A DNA stretch of 64,000 bases from Octopus sinensis. Its lineage: Eukaryota. This document shows, one piece after another, positions 22,246-37,261 of the stretch. Location: assembly GCF_006345805.1 (NCBI RefSeq), contig NC_043015.1:39556001-39620000 (forward strand), in the 5' to 3' direction. A model generated the notes under the pieces. That model worked only from the letters and a program-made list of their open reading frames with translations. It was not told the DNA's origin and did not search any database. How positions within the stretch are numbered: the first letter of the stretch is position 1; the number at the start of each line of letters is the position of its first letter. A program made the position numbers and the translations under genes.

Positions 22246-23011
22246 CCATTGCTTCCAAGAACTCAGCAAAGAAAGGAACCGTAAAATAAAACATTCTGTT
22301 CCGAAACAAAATACCCGCGTCAGATTTGAACTCAGAATCTCTGAGTGAAGAGGTCCAATGACCTAGTTTCTTGGCTATTTCGTTTCAGCAGGAAATCCTG
22401 GTTAATAAATTCGGTTTCGTTTCCCCCCTGTCATTATTGATGTTGGCAAAAGCAGGAACAATATCTAATTCCATTTCTTGTTTCTGAAGACCTCGTCAGT
22501 CACTCGCATGTTGTTGTTATTGCTGTTGTTGTTTTGCTCCGGGGTCGTTCCTTTTCTAGGTACAGCGGTGGCCTTGAAACGGAATATAATGGTTTTGAAG
22601 GTTACATAAACCCGTTAATGACAATAATTCTATCCTCATAATTAAAAGTGGGAAAACATATTAAGACACAAATCTCTCTGTATTCGTTGACATTTCTCAT
22701 ATTTCAACACTAATTATGGATGTGTGTGCGTGTGTATGTGTATCTGTGTGTATGTGTGTGTGTGTGTGTGGTGTGTGTGTGTGTGTGTGCATGTATGCAT
22801 TTGCATGGGTATGTATATATAGATATAGATACATATGTGCATGTGTACGTGTTTATGTATGTTGGTATGTATATACATATGTGTGTGTGTTTGTGTATGT
22901 TCGTACATACACAAACACACACACACACTTACAGGGGTCCCTTTTTCTTTTTGAAAGCTGATCTTCCAGAAAGTCTACATTGACTATAAACCAGAAATGG
23001 AAACGTTGTTG

Positions 23012-23049
<38 letters not shown>

Positions 23050-23214
23050 GAGGGTTGCAGCAGGGTTTGTAGGGCGGCCTCTACTCACTGTTTCCTTCCA
23101 TGACTGTTTTCTCTTAAATGTACTAAAAGACATCGTTGATGGCTGTTGTCGTGTTTCTACTTAACCCAAAAGAACAAGGAGAAGAGGGGGAATACTTGAT
23201 GGGGCGCGGAGGTG

Positions 23215-23436
23215 TTTTATATCGATTTGGATTTTTGGCACAAGGCCAGCAATTTCGGAGAATGGGAATAAGTCAATTAGATCGACTCCAGTGTTCGACT
23301 GATATTCATTTTATCGACCTCGGAAGGATGAAAGGCAAAGTCGACATCGGTAGAATTTAAACTGAGAGAGCAAACACGGACGAAATGCCGCTAAGCATTT
23401 TGTCCGGCAGACTTAAAGATTTTGCCAGCTCGCCGA
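23215..23436 (-). mobile_element. Family A SINE
   Basis: Reverse-complement family match with a TTTTGGCACAAGGCCAGCAATTT-type tail. Confidence 0.8.
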
Positions 23437-23531
23437 TTTGGGTGGTACTTTATATTAAATCCACAAACAATAACTCATATATATATATATACATACATAT
23501 ATATATATATTAACCGGTATTAATCGGTGTT

Positions 23532-23612
23532 GTTCAAACGATGGTTTGTTCAAACGATGTTCAAACGATGTTCAAACGATGGTTTGTTCAAACGATGTGT
23601 TGTTCAAACGAT
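23532..23612. repeat. 6 x GTTCAAACGAT tandem with 0-5 nt linkers
   Basis: Directly visible. Confidence 0.88.
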
Positions 23613-23848
23613 GGTTTTGCGTAAACCATGGTTCGCTTTGTTCTCTTACTTTATTATCATCTTATAATCATCTCATAATAATGACTTTTATGACTCGTAT
23701 TACTACCTCAGTCAATCTAAATGTATATATTTGTCGTTACCTGTCATAAATAGCCTTTTTCTATTTGCAAGGTGCATTTTCGTTGATTTTTCATATTTTA
23801 CCCTTACCCACGTGTATTTTATATTTTCTTTTCGTAACATATTTCTAC

Positions 23849-23885
<37 letters not shown>

Positions 23886-24504
23886 GGTACCGTATGGCAT
23901 ATGGCAGAACTTACAGAATGTAAAATATAAATCCTGAGTCCTATTTTCCAATTGAATATACCTCATTATATTACTGGTATTTAATTTCTCTCTGCTAAGC
24001 AGAAGAAAAGTAACCTTTACCATGGTGTGACACGAACTCAGAATCTTTTCATAAACACAATTCCAGACGTTATGGTTTTTAGACCGGTGTTATATAGTTT
24101 CCGTTTGTTTTATCGTCATCACTTTGTATCTAGAGTCTTTATTTGAGGCAGAAAGTAAACGGGAATTTATGGTATTGATGTTTTCTTTCCAAGAACAATG
24201 ACATTCTAAAAACGAAAGTGTTTCAATAGGATAAAGAAAGAGCGAAATTTGAACTCAGGACGTAATAAAGACGGGACGTGAAGCCAACTAGGCTGGTTAG
24301 ATTTACATTCACAGGGGCGGACCCAAGTGCACCCTTCTAAATAATGTTATTGCGCCCTTTTCTCCTGGAATTATATTCCCTTCAGACCTTGTGCCCTCTC
24401 TTCGAAAAATCACTCGGATTCACAATATAAATCAATAAAAACAGGGTGCGAAGAGTGTTTGGGGACACTTGGTTATTAGGATTTTACTGTCTTCAGACCA
24501 ATTA

Positions 24505-25425
24505 AAAGGTTTATATTTCTTCCAGATTCCCCATGGCAGATAAAACGATAACACAAGAAATGAAAAGATATGCAATTTTTGTTGTCATACGAGCGAAACA
24601 CTGAGATTTAGAAATTTCCAAATTTCTAAATGCTGCAAGATCTTTTGTACACCTAGTTCGGATGGAGTTGGAAGCCTCTGGCAGGAATGTTTCAATTGTT
24701 TCAAAAAGAAAAAGAAAAACATTCTGAACATCATTAGATGCTATAACCTTTTCTACTCTAGGCACAAGGCACGAAATTTTTTGGTCGGGGCCAGTCGATT
24801 AGATCGACCCCAGTACGCAACTGATGCTTAATTTACCGACCCCGAAAGGATGAAAGGCAAAGTCGACCTCGGCGGAATTTGAACTCAGAACGTAAAGACA
24901 GACAAAATACCGTTAAGCATTTTGCCCGGCGTGCTAACTTTTCTGCCGAAAAGCCTAACCACTAAGCCATTCACCTTCACAGATTGTGACTGTATTATTT
25001 CATTCGCTGACCCTCCCAACCCCCACTACACCTCTACAAAAAATTCGTCCAATAGATTCAAGCTATTATCGGTGATGATCTTGGAAAATCAATGAGGACC
25101 ATCGTCAAAGAATTTCAGGTATCGGAGTGGATTATCAGCGAACATTCGATACAAGGCGTATGTACTGATGAGAAACCAACTCATGTCTGCAAAACCACAT
25201 GATCTGTTCCAAGCAGTTACTTAACAAGCTTAAAAGCATTCACGAACGTGGTATGCTTTGGTTCTTCTCTGATAAGAAAAACTTTGACCGAGCGCATTAG
25301 TCTAGCAAGAGAAATGACAGATGGTTGGGAGCAGATCTTTCCGATTGATGCTCCCTGAATGAATGATGCGTACTAAGTTTCCAGCAACTCTGATGGCTTT
25401 CGGAGTATGGAGTAACGAAGGTCGC
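24505..25425 (+). pseudogene. Decayed Tc1/mariner (maT/DD37D-like) transposase split by SINE insertions
   Basis: 24530-24730 reads MADKTITQEMKRYAIF...LEISKFLNAARSFVH. 25040-25425 reads GKSMRTI...IRYKAY...LLNKLK...LWFFSDKKNF...RNDRW...RTKFPATLMAFGVWSNEG. The first catalytic motif FSD(E/K)K is visible. Confidence 0.75.
24735..24948 (-). mobile_element. Family A SINE inserted in the maT-like remnant
   Basis: Reverse-complement family match. Confidence 0.85.
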
Positions 25426-25429
25426 CAAC

Positions 25430-25645
25430 ACATTTCTTTATTGCCCACAGGGGGTTAAACGCAGAGGGGACAAATAAAGACAGACAAAGGGATTAAGTCG
25501 ATTACATCGACCCCAGTGCGTAACTTGTACTTATTTAATCGACCCCGAAAAGATGAAAAGCAAAGTCAACCTCGGCGGAATTTGACGAAGTACCGTTAAC
25601 CATTTCGCCCGGCGTGCAAACGATTCTGCCAGCTCGCCGCCCTGC
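25430..25645 (-). mobile_element. Family A SINE with internal deletion
   Basis: Tail, body and head are recognisable; the B-box region is shortened. Confidence 0.75.
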
Positions 25646-26337
25646 TTGTGCCCATATTTGAAACCAATATTGTTGCTGTTCATCAATTATGTTTAAACGA
25701 GGAAGGAAATGTTTATTATTTATATGTCTGACATTTCCTCCCAAATCATTATATTTTGTTTTGATATAATGAATAGCTTCAACATTTCTATATCCAGTCT
25801 TGTTGTACTTATTGCCGTTGTTACTGTGGCTGCAGCTTCAGTTGCTGCTGTTACTGTTATTGCTGCTGCTGCTGCTACCTCAACTTTAGATGTTATCTGC
25901 TGAAAATTTCATCCAATTTCCACCGAAAAATATTTGCTGCTGCAGTGATTTATAACCATTTAAAACCATCAAATCCGTTAAAGTTATTACACGGAAAGTG
26001 CTCCACCGTTCAGCTATTGCATTCCCAAATACTGTTACACATCAAGTTCTGCAACGAACAGTTCATAAATCCAATCCATGAATATATTCCCAGACATCCA
26101 GTGATCCAGTGATGACTTCTTTTCTTGGAGATTAACATTTGAATGTCTAATTTGTTCTGTGATGCAAGATTTGTGTGTTTTAAAGAGGTCTCTGTTACAG
26201 AGCATTGTCATGTCATGTGTTGTACTGTCGTTGTGTTATATAACAATTAGTACTGCCATTTAGCCCCAGGTTGTCCCTGACTGAACAGACATATAACGTT
26301 CCAGCTTTGATTCAGTTATTATTCTAAGCTATTATTC

Positions 26338-26753
26338 GAGCTTAGCGGTATTTCGTCTGCCGTTACGTTCTGAGTTCAAATTCCGCCGAGGTCGACTTTG
26401 CCTTTCATCCTTTCGGGGTCGATAAATTAAGTACCAGTTACGCACTGGGGTCGATATAATCGACTTAATCCGTTTGTCTGTCCTTGTTTGTCCTCTCTGT
26501 GTTTAGCCCCATGTGGGTAGTAAAAAAATAGGTATTTCGTCTGCCGCTACGTTCTGAGTTTAAATTCAGCTGAGGTCGACTTTGCCTTTCATCCTTTCGG
26601 GGTCGATTAAATAAGTACCAGTTATGCACTGGGATCGATATAATCGACTTAATCCGTTTGTCTGTCCTTGTTTGTCCTCTCTGTGTTTTGCCCCTTGTGC
26701 GTAGTAAAAAAATAGGTATTTCGTCTGTCTTTACTTTCTGAATTCAAATTCCG
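26338..26753 (+). mobile_element. Head-to-tail multimer (about 2.2 units) of the family A SINE body
   Basis: A unit of about 190 bp restarts at GGTATTTCGTCTG at about 26347, 26531 and 26715. Confidence 0.9.
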
Positions 26754-27989
26754 TGTGCATGTGTATGTATGTGTGTGTGTGCATACATATGTACATACAT
26801 ACATATATATACGTGCAGGAACATGTATATATGCTTGTATTGAATGTTCATTCATTCCATAGCGGCTATCTCTGAAGACTGTAGGGTTACATAATCGGAC
26901 TGTTAGCTAACATTCCGTTGAACCCCTAGAGCGAAACCGATCGGTAAGATCAGCCGTAATGGATGCTGTATACTTCGATTAATATATATATATATATATA
27001 TATATGAACATACATGCACGCATTCAGACTCAACTTGTTACTGAAGTTCTCTGACGTTCTTCTTTACACAATGCCAAATATCACGATTCTGCATTGCATA
27101 TAATTGAGAGGAGACATGTATCGATGTTTATGATGAAAATTACAAATCCTCCACTCACTTAAAAAGTCATTTTCGCTATGCAGCCCAATAACAAACAATG
27201 GTCCTACTCTCCCTCCCTCCCTCCCACATTCCCTCCCTCTGTCTCTCTTTCTTGCACGCGCGGGCAGACGTTGGGGTTATGTCGTTGATTTCCCGATCAT
27301 GGGAACTGGTGCTCAAAGGAAAAGAAGATTAACGAAACAAGGACAAAGAAGGCAGCGAGTAGACAACGTTGTCTTTTGAACAATTAAAGACGAGAAGCAA
27401 AGATGTTCCTGCGCAACAAAGAATGGGTGAAATAAGAGAGCAAAGTTGAGTGGAAGTCATGAAGAACGGACGAAACTGAAAGCAAGAGAGAAAGAAAAAG
27501 CACGAGAGGAACAGGTAGAACAGAAAGAGCAACGCGAAGAATAAGAATCTGTTGAAAGAAATGCTGAACAGGAAATGGTTTGGTTTTCAGTTTTAGTCAA
27601 TGCAAAGTGTTTTACAGCATTTTAGTAAAAAAAAAAACGGAGGTAGTCAATTGTTTATGTTTCAATTGTATTTTATAATCATTTTCTGTACATTTACGTA
27701 AGATAAACATATTTTTATGTTGACTCGGTGCGGAGAAAAACACACAAAAACGTGGACGTGCTCACCCCTCATCAGTCAGCGACCAAAAAGCTCCACAGTT
27801 TCGCGCCATCAAATATATATATAAAGTATATATATACACACATATATACACATACACTCATATACACTTACACACATACAGCCAACCCCCCGCACTTACT
27901 CACACACACACATACACACATACACTCACACACACGTACACACATACAACCAATACCCCCACGCATTCACATACACACATATACACATA

Positions 27990-28310
27990 TACACATACAC
28001 TTACATACACTTACAAACACTTACACACATTCAGCCAATCTCCCCACACATACACACACACACACACACACATATACACATACACTTACACACATTCAGC
28101 CAATCTCCCTACACATACACGCACACACATATACACATACACTTACAAACACTTACACACATTCAGCCAATCTCCCCACACATATACACATACACTTACA
28201 AACACTTACACACATTCAGCCAATCTCCCTACACATACACACACACATATACACATACACTTTCAAACACTTACACACATTCAGCCAATCTCCCCACACA
28301 TACACACATA
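27990..28310. repeat. Compound CA-rich minisatellite with core ACACTTACACACATTCAGCCAATCTCCC (5 copies)
   Basis: The core recurs at about 60-70 bp spacing within a CA microsatellite. Confidence 0.85.
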
Positions 28311-29589
28311 CACACACACATACACTTACATACACTTACACACACACACACACATTGAAAGATGCTCATCATCGCTGTCCCTTCAATTCTATATTCTGTT
28401 TCACAAGTCGTCGTTCCTTTCTAAAACAATTTCTGCTTTCCTTTATTCCGTTGCATCTCGGTCCTGGCCCTGTACTCGGGGTGACATCACAACAGCACAG
28501 CTGCCGTTACATCAGCTCCATGATACGACGCATTAAAAGCACCTCATTACAGTCTACTAATTAATACCTTTGACAGGCAGGTGTAGTGTTTGTTGACACA
28601 CAAACAAACCGTTTATTAAGGTCACATTACTTACAGCCTCTCTACACCAGCGAACTACTCCACCACCGTTAGGTTTCTTCCGCCGCTCTTAATTTGCAGC
28701 CAGCCAACAGGAACATTGACCTGTCTGAATAAACAATGGGACGGGCACGGTTGGAACGCTTTTAATAATGGTTTTGCGGGATCAAGGCTGGCCTGGGATT
28801 AGACAAAAAACAAGCTGGTGCTAGAAATGTTAACGCTTGTGTGTAGATGTATGTTTGAATATGTGTGTGTATGATGTGTGTTTGAATGTGTGTGTGTGTG
28901 TGCGTTTGAATGTGTGTCTGTATGTGTGTGTGTGTGTGTTTGAATGTGTGTGTGTGCATTTGAATGTGCGTGTGTGTTTGAATGTATGTGTGTGTGTTTG
29001 AATGTGTGTATGTTTAGATGTGTGTGTGTTTGTTTGTGTGTTTGAATGTGTGTGTATTTGAATGTGTGTGTGTGAGTGTTTGGATGTGTGTTTGAATGTG
29101 TGTGTGTGTGCTTGTTTGGATGTGTGTGTTTGAATGTGTGTGTATGTGTGTGTTTCAACGTGTGTGTATGTGTGTGTGTGTGCATGTGTGTGTGTGGTGG
29201 GCCTGTGTTAGGCGCAATATGGCCGAATGGTTAAGCAGATCGTTCGGCAAGCACTGCATGGTACCTTGGCTAACGGACATTTTCTATAGCTTCGAGTCGC
29301 CCCGTATCCTGTCAGTGAAATTGAGTCGTCGGACTCGAATTGTACACGGAATGGAATGGAAAAGATAGGCCTTGTTTCTACGCTGTGTAACGCTGACTTT
29401 GCTTGAGAATTATAGGAAGGATACACGTGTCTGCGAAATACTCAGCCACTTCAAAAAATTTACAACTTTCTGTTCCCTGATAGAGTTGTTCCTCATATTA
29501 GTCCTATCTTACGACGGGACCAAAAAAGCTTCTGGAAAGTCAGGTCAACACTACCACAGATCCTTACCTTCGGAGGAATGAAAGAAGAA

Positions 29590-30560
29590 CCCAGAATCTC
29601 CAGACAAAATCCATTAGTTGGATTTCTGGATTTCTCCAAGGTTTTTGACAGTGTCAAAAGAAAGGCCATGTTCTTTATCCTGTTAAACTGTGTCAGACAA
29701 TATTGTCAAAGACATCACCATCATATACAGAAACCCTTCAAACTTTGTGCAAAACGTATTTGGCCCAATTGAAAAGTTTCCAGCAACAGCAGGAGTTCTT
29801 CAGGAAGACAACCAGGATTTTTTTTCTTTTTATGACTATAGACGACTATATCGTTAACTAAAATCTTGACTCCATCCAAGACAAAGACCTCACTCTTAAA
29901 AGCAATCGCGGTATCATCAGAGTGATGATCTTGAGCCCGCAGCTCATTAATTAATTCTCATTTTGCGAGAAGGCTGCAGTCGAATTTGTTGTGTTTCTCA
30001 ATATGAAGAAGACGGGTTTATGACAATCAAAGAAGGGGATAGCCACCTCCGGTCATTTTGTTCCACAGATGACTCGCAACTGAAGGTGGGCAGTGACTTT
30101 AAGTACCTTGGGTCCAATGTTGTTTACCTGAGACTTTCTGGAGCGAAAAGGGAAAGTCTGGACTGCCGTAACAAGCTTCAAAACATCCAGCAATCAGGTA
30201 TTTCAAAGACCTTTTTCTTTGGGATATGTAGAAAGACCTTTCATTTCTGCGGCGCTAAAGCCTGGACTATGAAGGAGAGGCTGCAAAATTGTCTTGGCGT
30301 TATGTACATGAGGCTTCTCACGAGGGCTCGAAACATGTCATAGACTGACCACCAGAACCAAAAAGGGAATTTAGAGTCACGTACTACCCCTCTGCTCTTT
30401 GCTCAAATCGCTCAATGCATTGTAGGCTTTATTGGGCATTGCTTTTCTGCTGAGCAACAGACCATATCAGATGCTACATTCTGAATATTCCTCGCCCTAA
30501 TTGAGGACGAAGATCCTTTAACTACATTGATGCTATGGGCAAAGTCACACGACATGAAAA
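29590..30560 (+). mobile_element. Heavily decayed RTE-like LINE (RT domain to C-terminus)
   Basis: Motif pieces appear in collinear order: GFLDFSKVFDSV, AGVLQED, DFKYLGS, CGAKAWT, FIGHC. There are many stops and frameshifts. Confidence 0.8.
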
Positions 30561-30659
30561 TGAAAATGTACCAAAGTTTATGTGGGACACAGGTTCCTGG
30601 TGTTGCATTGCAAAGTGCCTCTCAATTGTGGCTGCATGAAGATATCTCACACACATACA

Positions 30660-32365
<1,706 letters not shown>

Positions 32366-32649
32366 ATGTATGTCTCTACGGGACTGTCACGTTTTGTTGA
32401 CTTTATACAACCACTTTATATATTTATATGTATATATATATATTATATACATATATATACATATATGTATGTACATATATATATGTGTATGTCTTGTGTG
32501 TATGTGTCGTGTGTGTGTCTGTGTGTTTGTGTGTCTGTCTATATATGTATTTTGTGTGTGTAAGTGTAAATGTCTCAAAATCCATGAGTAGGAAAAACAG
32601 GGCCTCAAATTAGGTAACAAAGTGTACATATTATTGTTATTTATTATAT

Positions 32650-32860
32650 TGTCTTCAAATTTTGGCACAAGGCCAGCAATTTTAGGGGAGGGATAAGTCG
32701 GTTACATCAACCCTAGTGTTGAAGTGGTACTTATTTCATTGACCCCGAAAGGATGATAGTCAAAGTCGACCTCGGAGAAATTTGAACTCAGAACGTAAAG
32801 ATAGACGGAATACCACCAAGACCTTGCCCGATGTACTAACGATTTTGTCCATTCGTTGCC
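32650..32860 (-). mobile_element. Family A SINE
   Basis: Reverse-complement family match. Confidence 0.8.
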
Positions 32861-33525
32861 CTTATTATTTATATGATATTTCATTTGTTTTCTAGGTTCA
32901 TAATGGCCAAATTACCGAATGGTTTCATGCCAAGCGCCGAGGACCAACTCCGGCAATCGTCAGAACAAAAAGTGTACGTGGTTATCTGAGTATATTTCTG
33001 CAGGTGTGAAATACTTTGTGCGTGTGTGCACGCACGTGGACGAACATGTAAGAGCAAAAAAGATCCAGGTTAATCTAACGAGATAAAGGGTGAGGGAGAT
33101 GTACTGTGGCAGAGATACGCACAGAGGCCACTTGCTATCGGGGACAGGCACACACACACACACACATACGCACACACACACACACGCACGCACACGCACA
33201 CACATACACGCACACGCACACACACACACACACACACCACACGCACAGATTTTACACAGCAATGAAAGTTACATGCGGATACACACACATGTACACATAT
33301 GTGTACGTATATATATATAATATATATATATATATTATATATATATATATATATAAGGTAAATTTAAATTCAGTAGGTATATATATATAATATATATATG
33401 TATGTGTATGTGTGTGTATATATATATATATATACTTATACAGACAGTAGCGTCCAATTTATTGTGAACATTAAGTTGACTGGATCTTCATTGTATATGT
33501 GTGTGTGTGTGTGCATGTATGTGTG

Positions 33526-33599
<74 letters not shown>

Positions 33600-33610
33600 G
33601 ACAGACAGAC

Positions 33611-33671
<61 letters not shown>

Positions 33672-34988
33672 GACAGACAAACAGATAGACAGACAGAGAG
33701 CGAGAGAGAGACATACATACATACACGTTTACACACTACATGCGTGTCCAGATGCATACATACGTTTATATACACGCACAAAATACGCACACATACACAC
33801 ACACACTCACACAACCACACGCACACTCCCACCCGTGCACATACACCCACGGTTCCACACCACGTACCTACCTTTATCCGGTTGTAAAACTCCTACAGTG
33901 TTGGAAACTGTGACAGTCTTCCATATTGTAAATTATCCAGGAAATATTTCACAAACAACATCTCTTGATTAGATAAAATACGAGAGGACGCCTCTCTATT
34001 CCTCGTGGGTTCGCATAAACCCACCGTCCACCATGAGCAAACACTGTATACATATATATCTACCTTATTAATTGGTAGTTATATAAAACAAAATCGATGG
34101 ATAGGTAAGTATGTACAAGACAATGTAGAAATAAAAATCGCGGCACTTTCTGCCTTTCCTTTAAATATCTCCTCTTGGAAACACGAAGTTTAATGACCAT
34201 TCCATAATTTTGTCATTACAGCAATTAATGAAATATCTTTCTTAATAACAAATAAAAATGGTTTTCTTTGATTTTCTTTTTTGCACTCAAATTTCTCCCA
34301 GTTTTTCTGACATATTTTTTAGATTCTTTTGTCTTCCCTTCCATCAAACAATAAACCGGAATGTTTGGGAAATCAGAGAATATTCCGAAGTAAGTCTCCT
34401 TTGGGTTTATAAATTGCACGCCGTTGTCATTGGAATGACCAATTCGTAGACTACACAAGAAGATGGAAGAGAGATATAAGCAACATGTACCGTCTTGTTC
34501 ACCTTAACTTCGTCTTTTCATCCTCTACCTAAAATTTGATACGCACCTGGTCCCAGAATTGTGGTGAATACACACGGTTAATCCAAGCAGATTGGTGAAT
34601 AAACCAAGAGAGGGATCGTTAGATGATTTCCGTAAACAACTGGTGGATGTAGTTCATTCATTTGTTCAAAAGTAAATACCAAAATAACAAAAATACAAAA
34701 AAGTTTTCACCTAAATGAAGCCTTTGAAAAGTTTGGGAAAGAGATGTGTGAAGCCAATTGAGAGAAAAAAAGCGCCCTCTGTCTGACGTTGAATCTGAAA
34801 AGCGCCTGGGGCAACGTTTATCTGTTAGCTATCTTTACAGTAAACTAAAACATAATTAAAGGTTTTTATAGTATCAGAGGTAAGATATTATCCTTTTCTT
34901 GTTAAAATACCTTTGTCACTCTTCACTCTCTTGCTCTTTTCTTCTCGCTGCCTATCACTTGCTTCCTCTCCTTTTCTCTTTTCTCTTG

Positions 34989-35026
<38 letters not shown>

Positions 35027-35217
35027 CTTTCGTTTTTTTTTTCTCTCGATCTATTTGAGTTTTTAAATTCCATTCGGTTTGTTTTTTAAACTATTTTATT
35101 TGAAGACTTAGGAAAATTCTTGTAAGATTATTTTATCAGGGGAGTAAGCTAAAAATGAAGGTAAAGCATTTATAAGCAAATATTTGTACTTTTTAACGGA
35201 AGGTAATAATAATAATG

Positions 35218-35274
<57 letters not shown>

Positions 35275-35877
35275 TTCTTATTTGCTATTAGGGCTCATTC
35301 ATTCAAGCAATCCGAATACGTACAAATGTATTACAAAAGCTGAGGAGATAAACAAAAGGAGTTGTCAAAAAGCGAATGTTTAGTGGTCAGAAATGTTACA
35401 CAATTCATTAAAATGTATGAAACATTTTAAATTAGGCAAAAATAATTGGATGATTATGTAAAACACGGATGTAATTTTAAAACAATGTAATTTAAGGATG
35501 CAAGAAAGCAAACTGGTCAACTGATCTCCAAACGAGTGAGAAAATGGTAACTAGGTTGGGCCAGAACCTCAGTTCGACTCATCCTGCTAGGCACTTGTAT
35601 TGGAAACTGATGCACCAACAGAAGCCTTTGAACATTTTTTTACATTGATTGGGACCAAAAGCTTTTGAGATTAACTAGAATTATCTGTTTTATGGTGTGA
35701 TAAGCCAATCCTGGGATCTCCATCAATATCCCGTCATTGAAATATCTCTTAAAATACCGCTCGATTTCGTTATCCTTAAACAATAGGTCGTCCTTATTAT
35801 TCCACTTCAGAAAATCCACTTTTCATCTTAGAATAACATTGTTTATTCGTAGAACTGTGAACCTCGTGACGATCCAT

Positions 35878-36090
35878 GTTAAACATTTACCATGTACCAC
35901 CTACAAGATCCTCACGTCCATATTAACCGACAGAATATACGCTTTCCTTGAACAGAGATCTATCCTTCCACAATCTCAAAAGGGTTGTAAAAGGAATTCT
36001 TATGGATGCAAAGATCAATTACTCATAAATAAAATGATTGCAGAGAATTGCTGGAGCAACATGAAGAACCTGAGTATGGCATGGATTGAC
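35878..36090 (+). mobile_element. R4/Dong-clade LINE RT fragment
   Basis: TTYKILTSILTDRIY...QKGCKRNSYGCKDQLLINK...NLSMAWID is characteristic of R4/Dong RT. Confidence 0.88.
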
Positions 36091-36094
36091 TAAA

Positions 36095-36600
36095 GGAAGT
36101 TACAACCTTCTGGGGACGATTTGCGTGGGAACATCTGTGATCTACCGAGTGAATTGATAATATTCCGAGACAACTTTAACGAGAAACCAAACAGGATCTT
36201 ATCAGTAAATGTTTTAAAAGGTTACTAAATTGGAAGTTTCTAGGCCCAGACGATATCCAGGGTAACTGGATTCAGTATTTTAATCTTGGTACATAAGACC
36301 ATCGGTGATCATCTTACTGAATGTGTTTCACTGAGAGAGGCACTGAGCTGGATGTTTGAGGGAAAGATCACTCTTAATGTAAAGAACGTTATTAAAGGTT
36401 CTGTAACTGAGAATTACAGACCTGTCGCCGGCTTAAACCTGCTTCATAAGCTTCTGACCGGAATGTTGTCTGAAAAAAAAACCATAGCATCACATAATGA
36501 AGAAACTCATCTTCTCATTAGAGCAAAAAGGCTGCAAGTATAAAACAACAGGAAGAAAATACCATCTTGTTATAGACAAGATAAGGATCATTGACAAAAT
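36095..36600 (+). mobile_element. Second, more diverged R4/Dong RT fragment
   Basis: NWKFLGPDDIQGNW and ENYRPVAGLNLLHKLLTG correspond to NWK.PGPD..QG.W and NYRPI.CL...WKLLTG. Confidence 0.75.
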
Positions 36601-37261
36601 CACAAAAGACGAGCCTAATCATGGTTTATGAAAAAGTTTCGTATTCGTGAATTCTTGAATTTATGAAGATATTTGTTGTGGTAAATTGATAAAATCTAGT
36701 ATGAATGATTGAACAACTTTTTTTTCTCTCGTCTTGATTAATAAATTCATTGACACGATGAATATAATTAAAGATACTATTCAGGGCGACTCTTTCCTCC
36801 CGTTATATTCAAACTAACCAGTTCCTTCATCTTACACCTACCCTACACTGTTTTTCTAAAAATTTAATCAATCACTCTGATTGACTCCTGATAGCCATAT
36901 TTTTAATCCACTCATGAAGATACACACAGCGCTTGTCATGCCTAATTTTATACTCTTTCTCATCTTGTACCACTCTGTGGCTGATACTCTCTCTATTAAT
37001 TCCTCAAAGACGGTATTTCTCGCTTTCATCAAAACGATGAATACATTTAGTTACCGACTTAATATTCAAAGTTTGGTTGTCGTCTGCCATCAACAGTGTT
37101 TCAGCTCCCCAACCCTAACTCATTTATTAAATCAGTCTTTAATCTTTTAGCATTCAGATTACTCTGTCAAATGTAATGTTCATTTATTCACATTGTCTTC
37201 AACTATTCACACATTATCTCGTAGCTTCAATATTTCGATGATGTGATAATAACAATTGTTA

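Noticed and set aside
22465-22505. Minus-strand CUGACGA...GAAAC hammerhead-like string
   Set aside because: Stem II cannot close, U16.1 is G and there is no stem I.
26035-26140. Minus-strand WMSGNIFMDWIYELFV resembling pogo/Tigger DDE_1
   Set aside because: Only one short motif, with no further collinear motifs or TIRs visible.
27298-27545. Charged, coiled-coil-like coding fragments
   Set aside because: Frames are short and broken by stops; purine-rich low complexity explains them.
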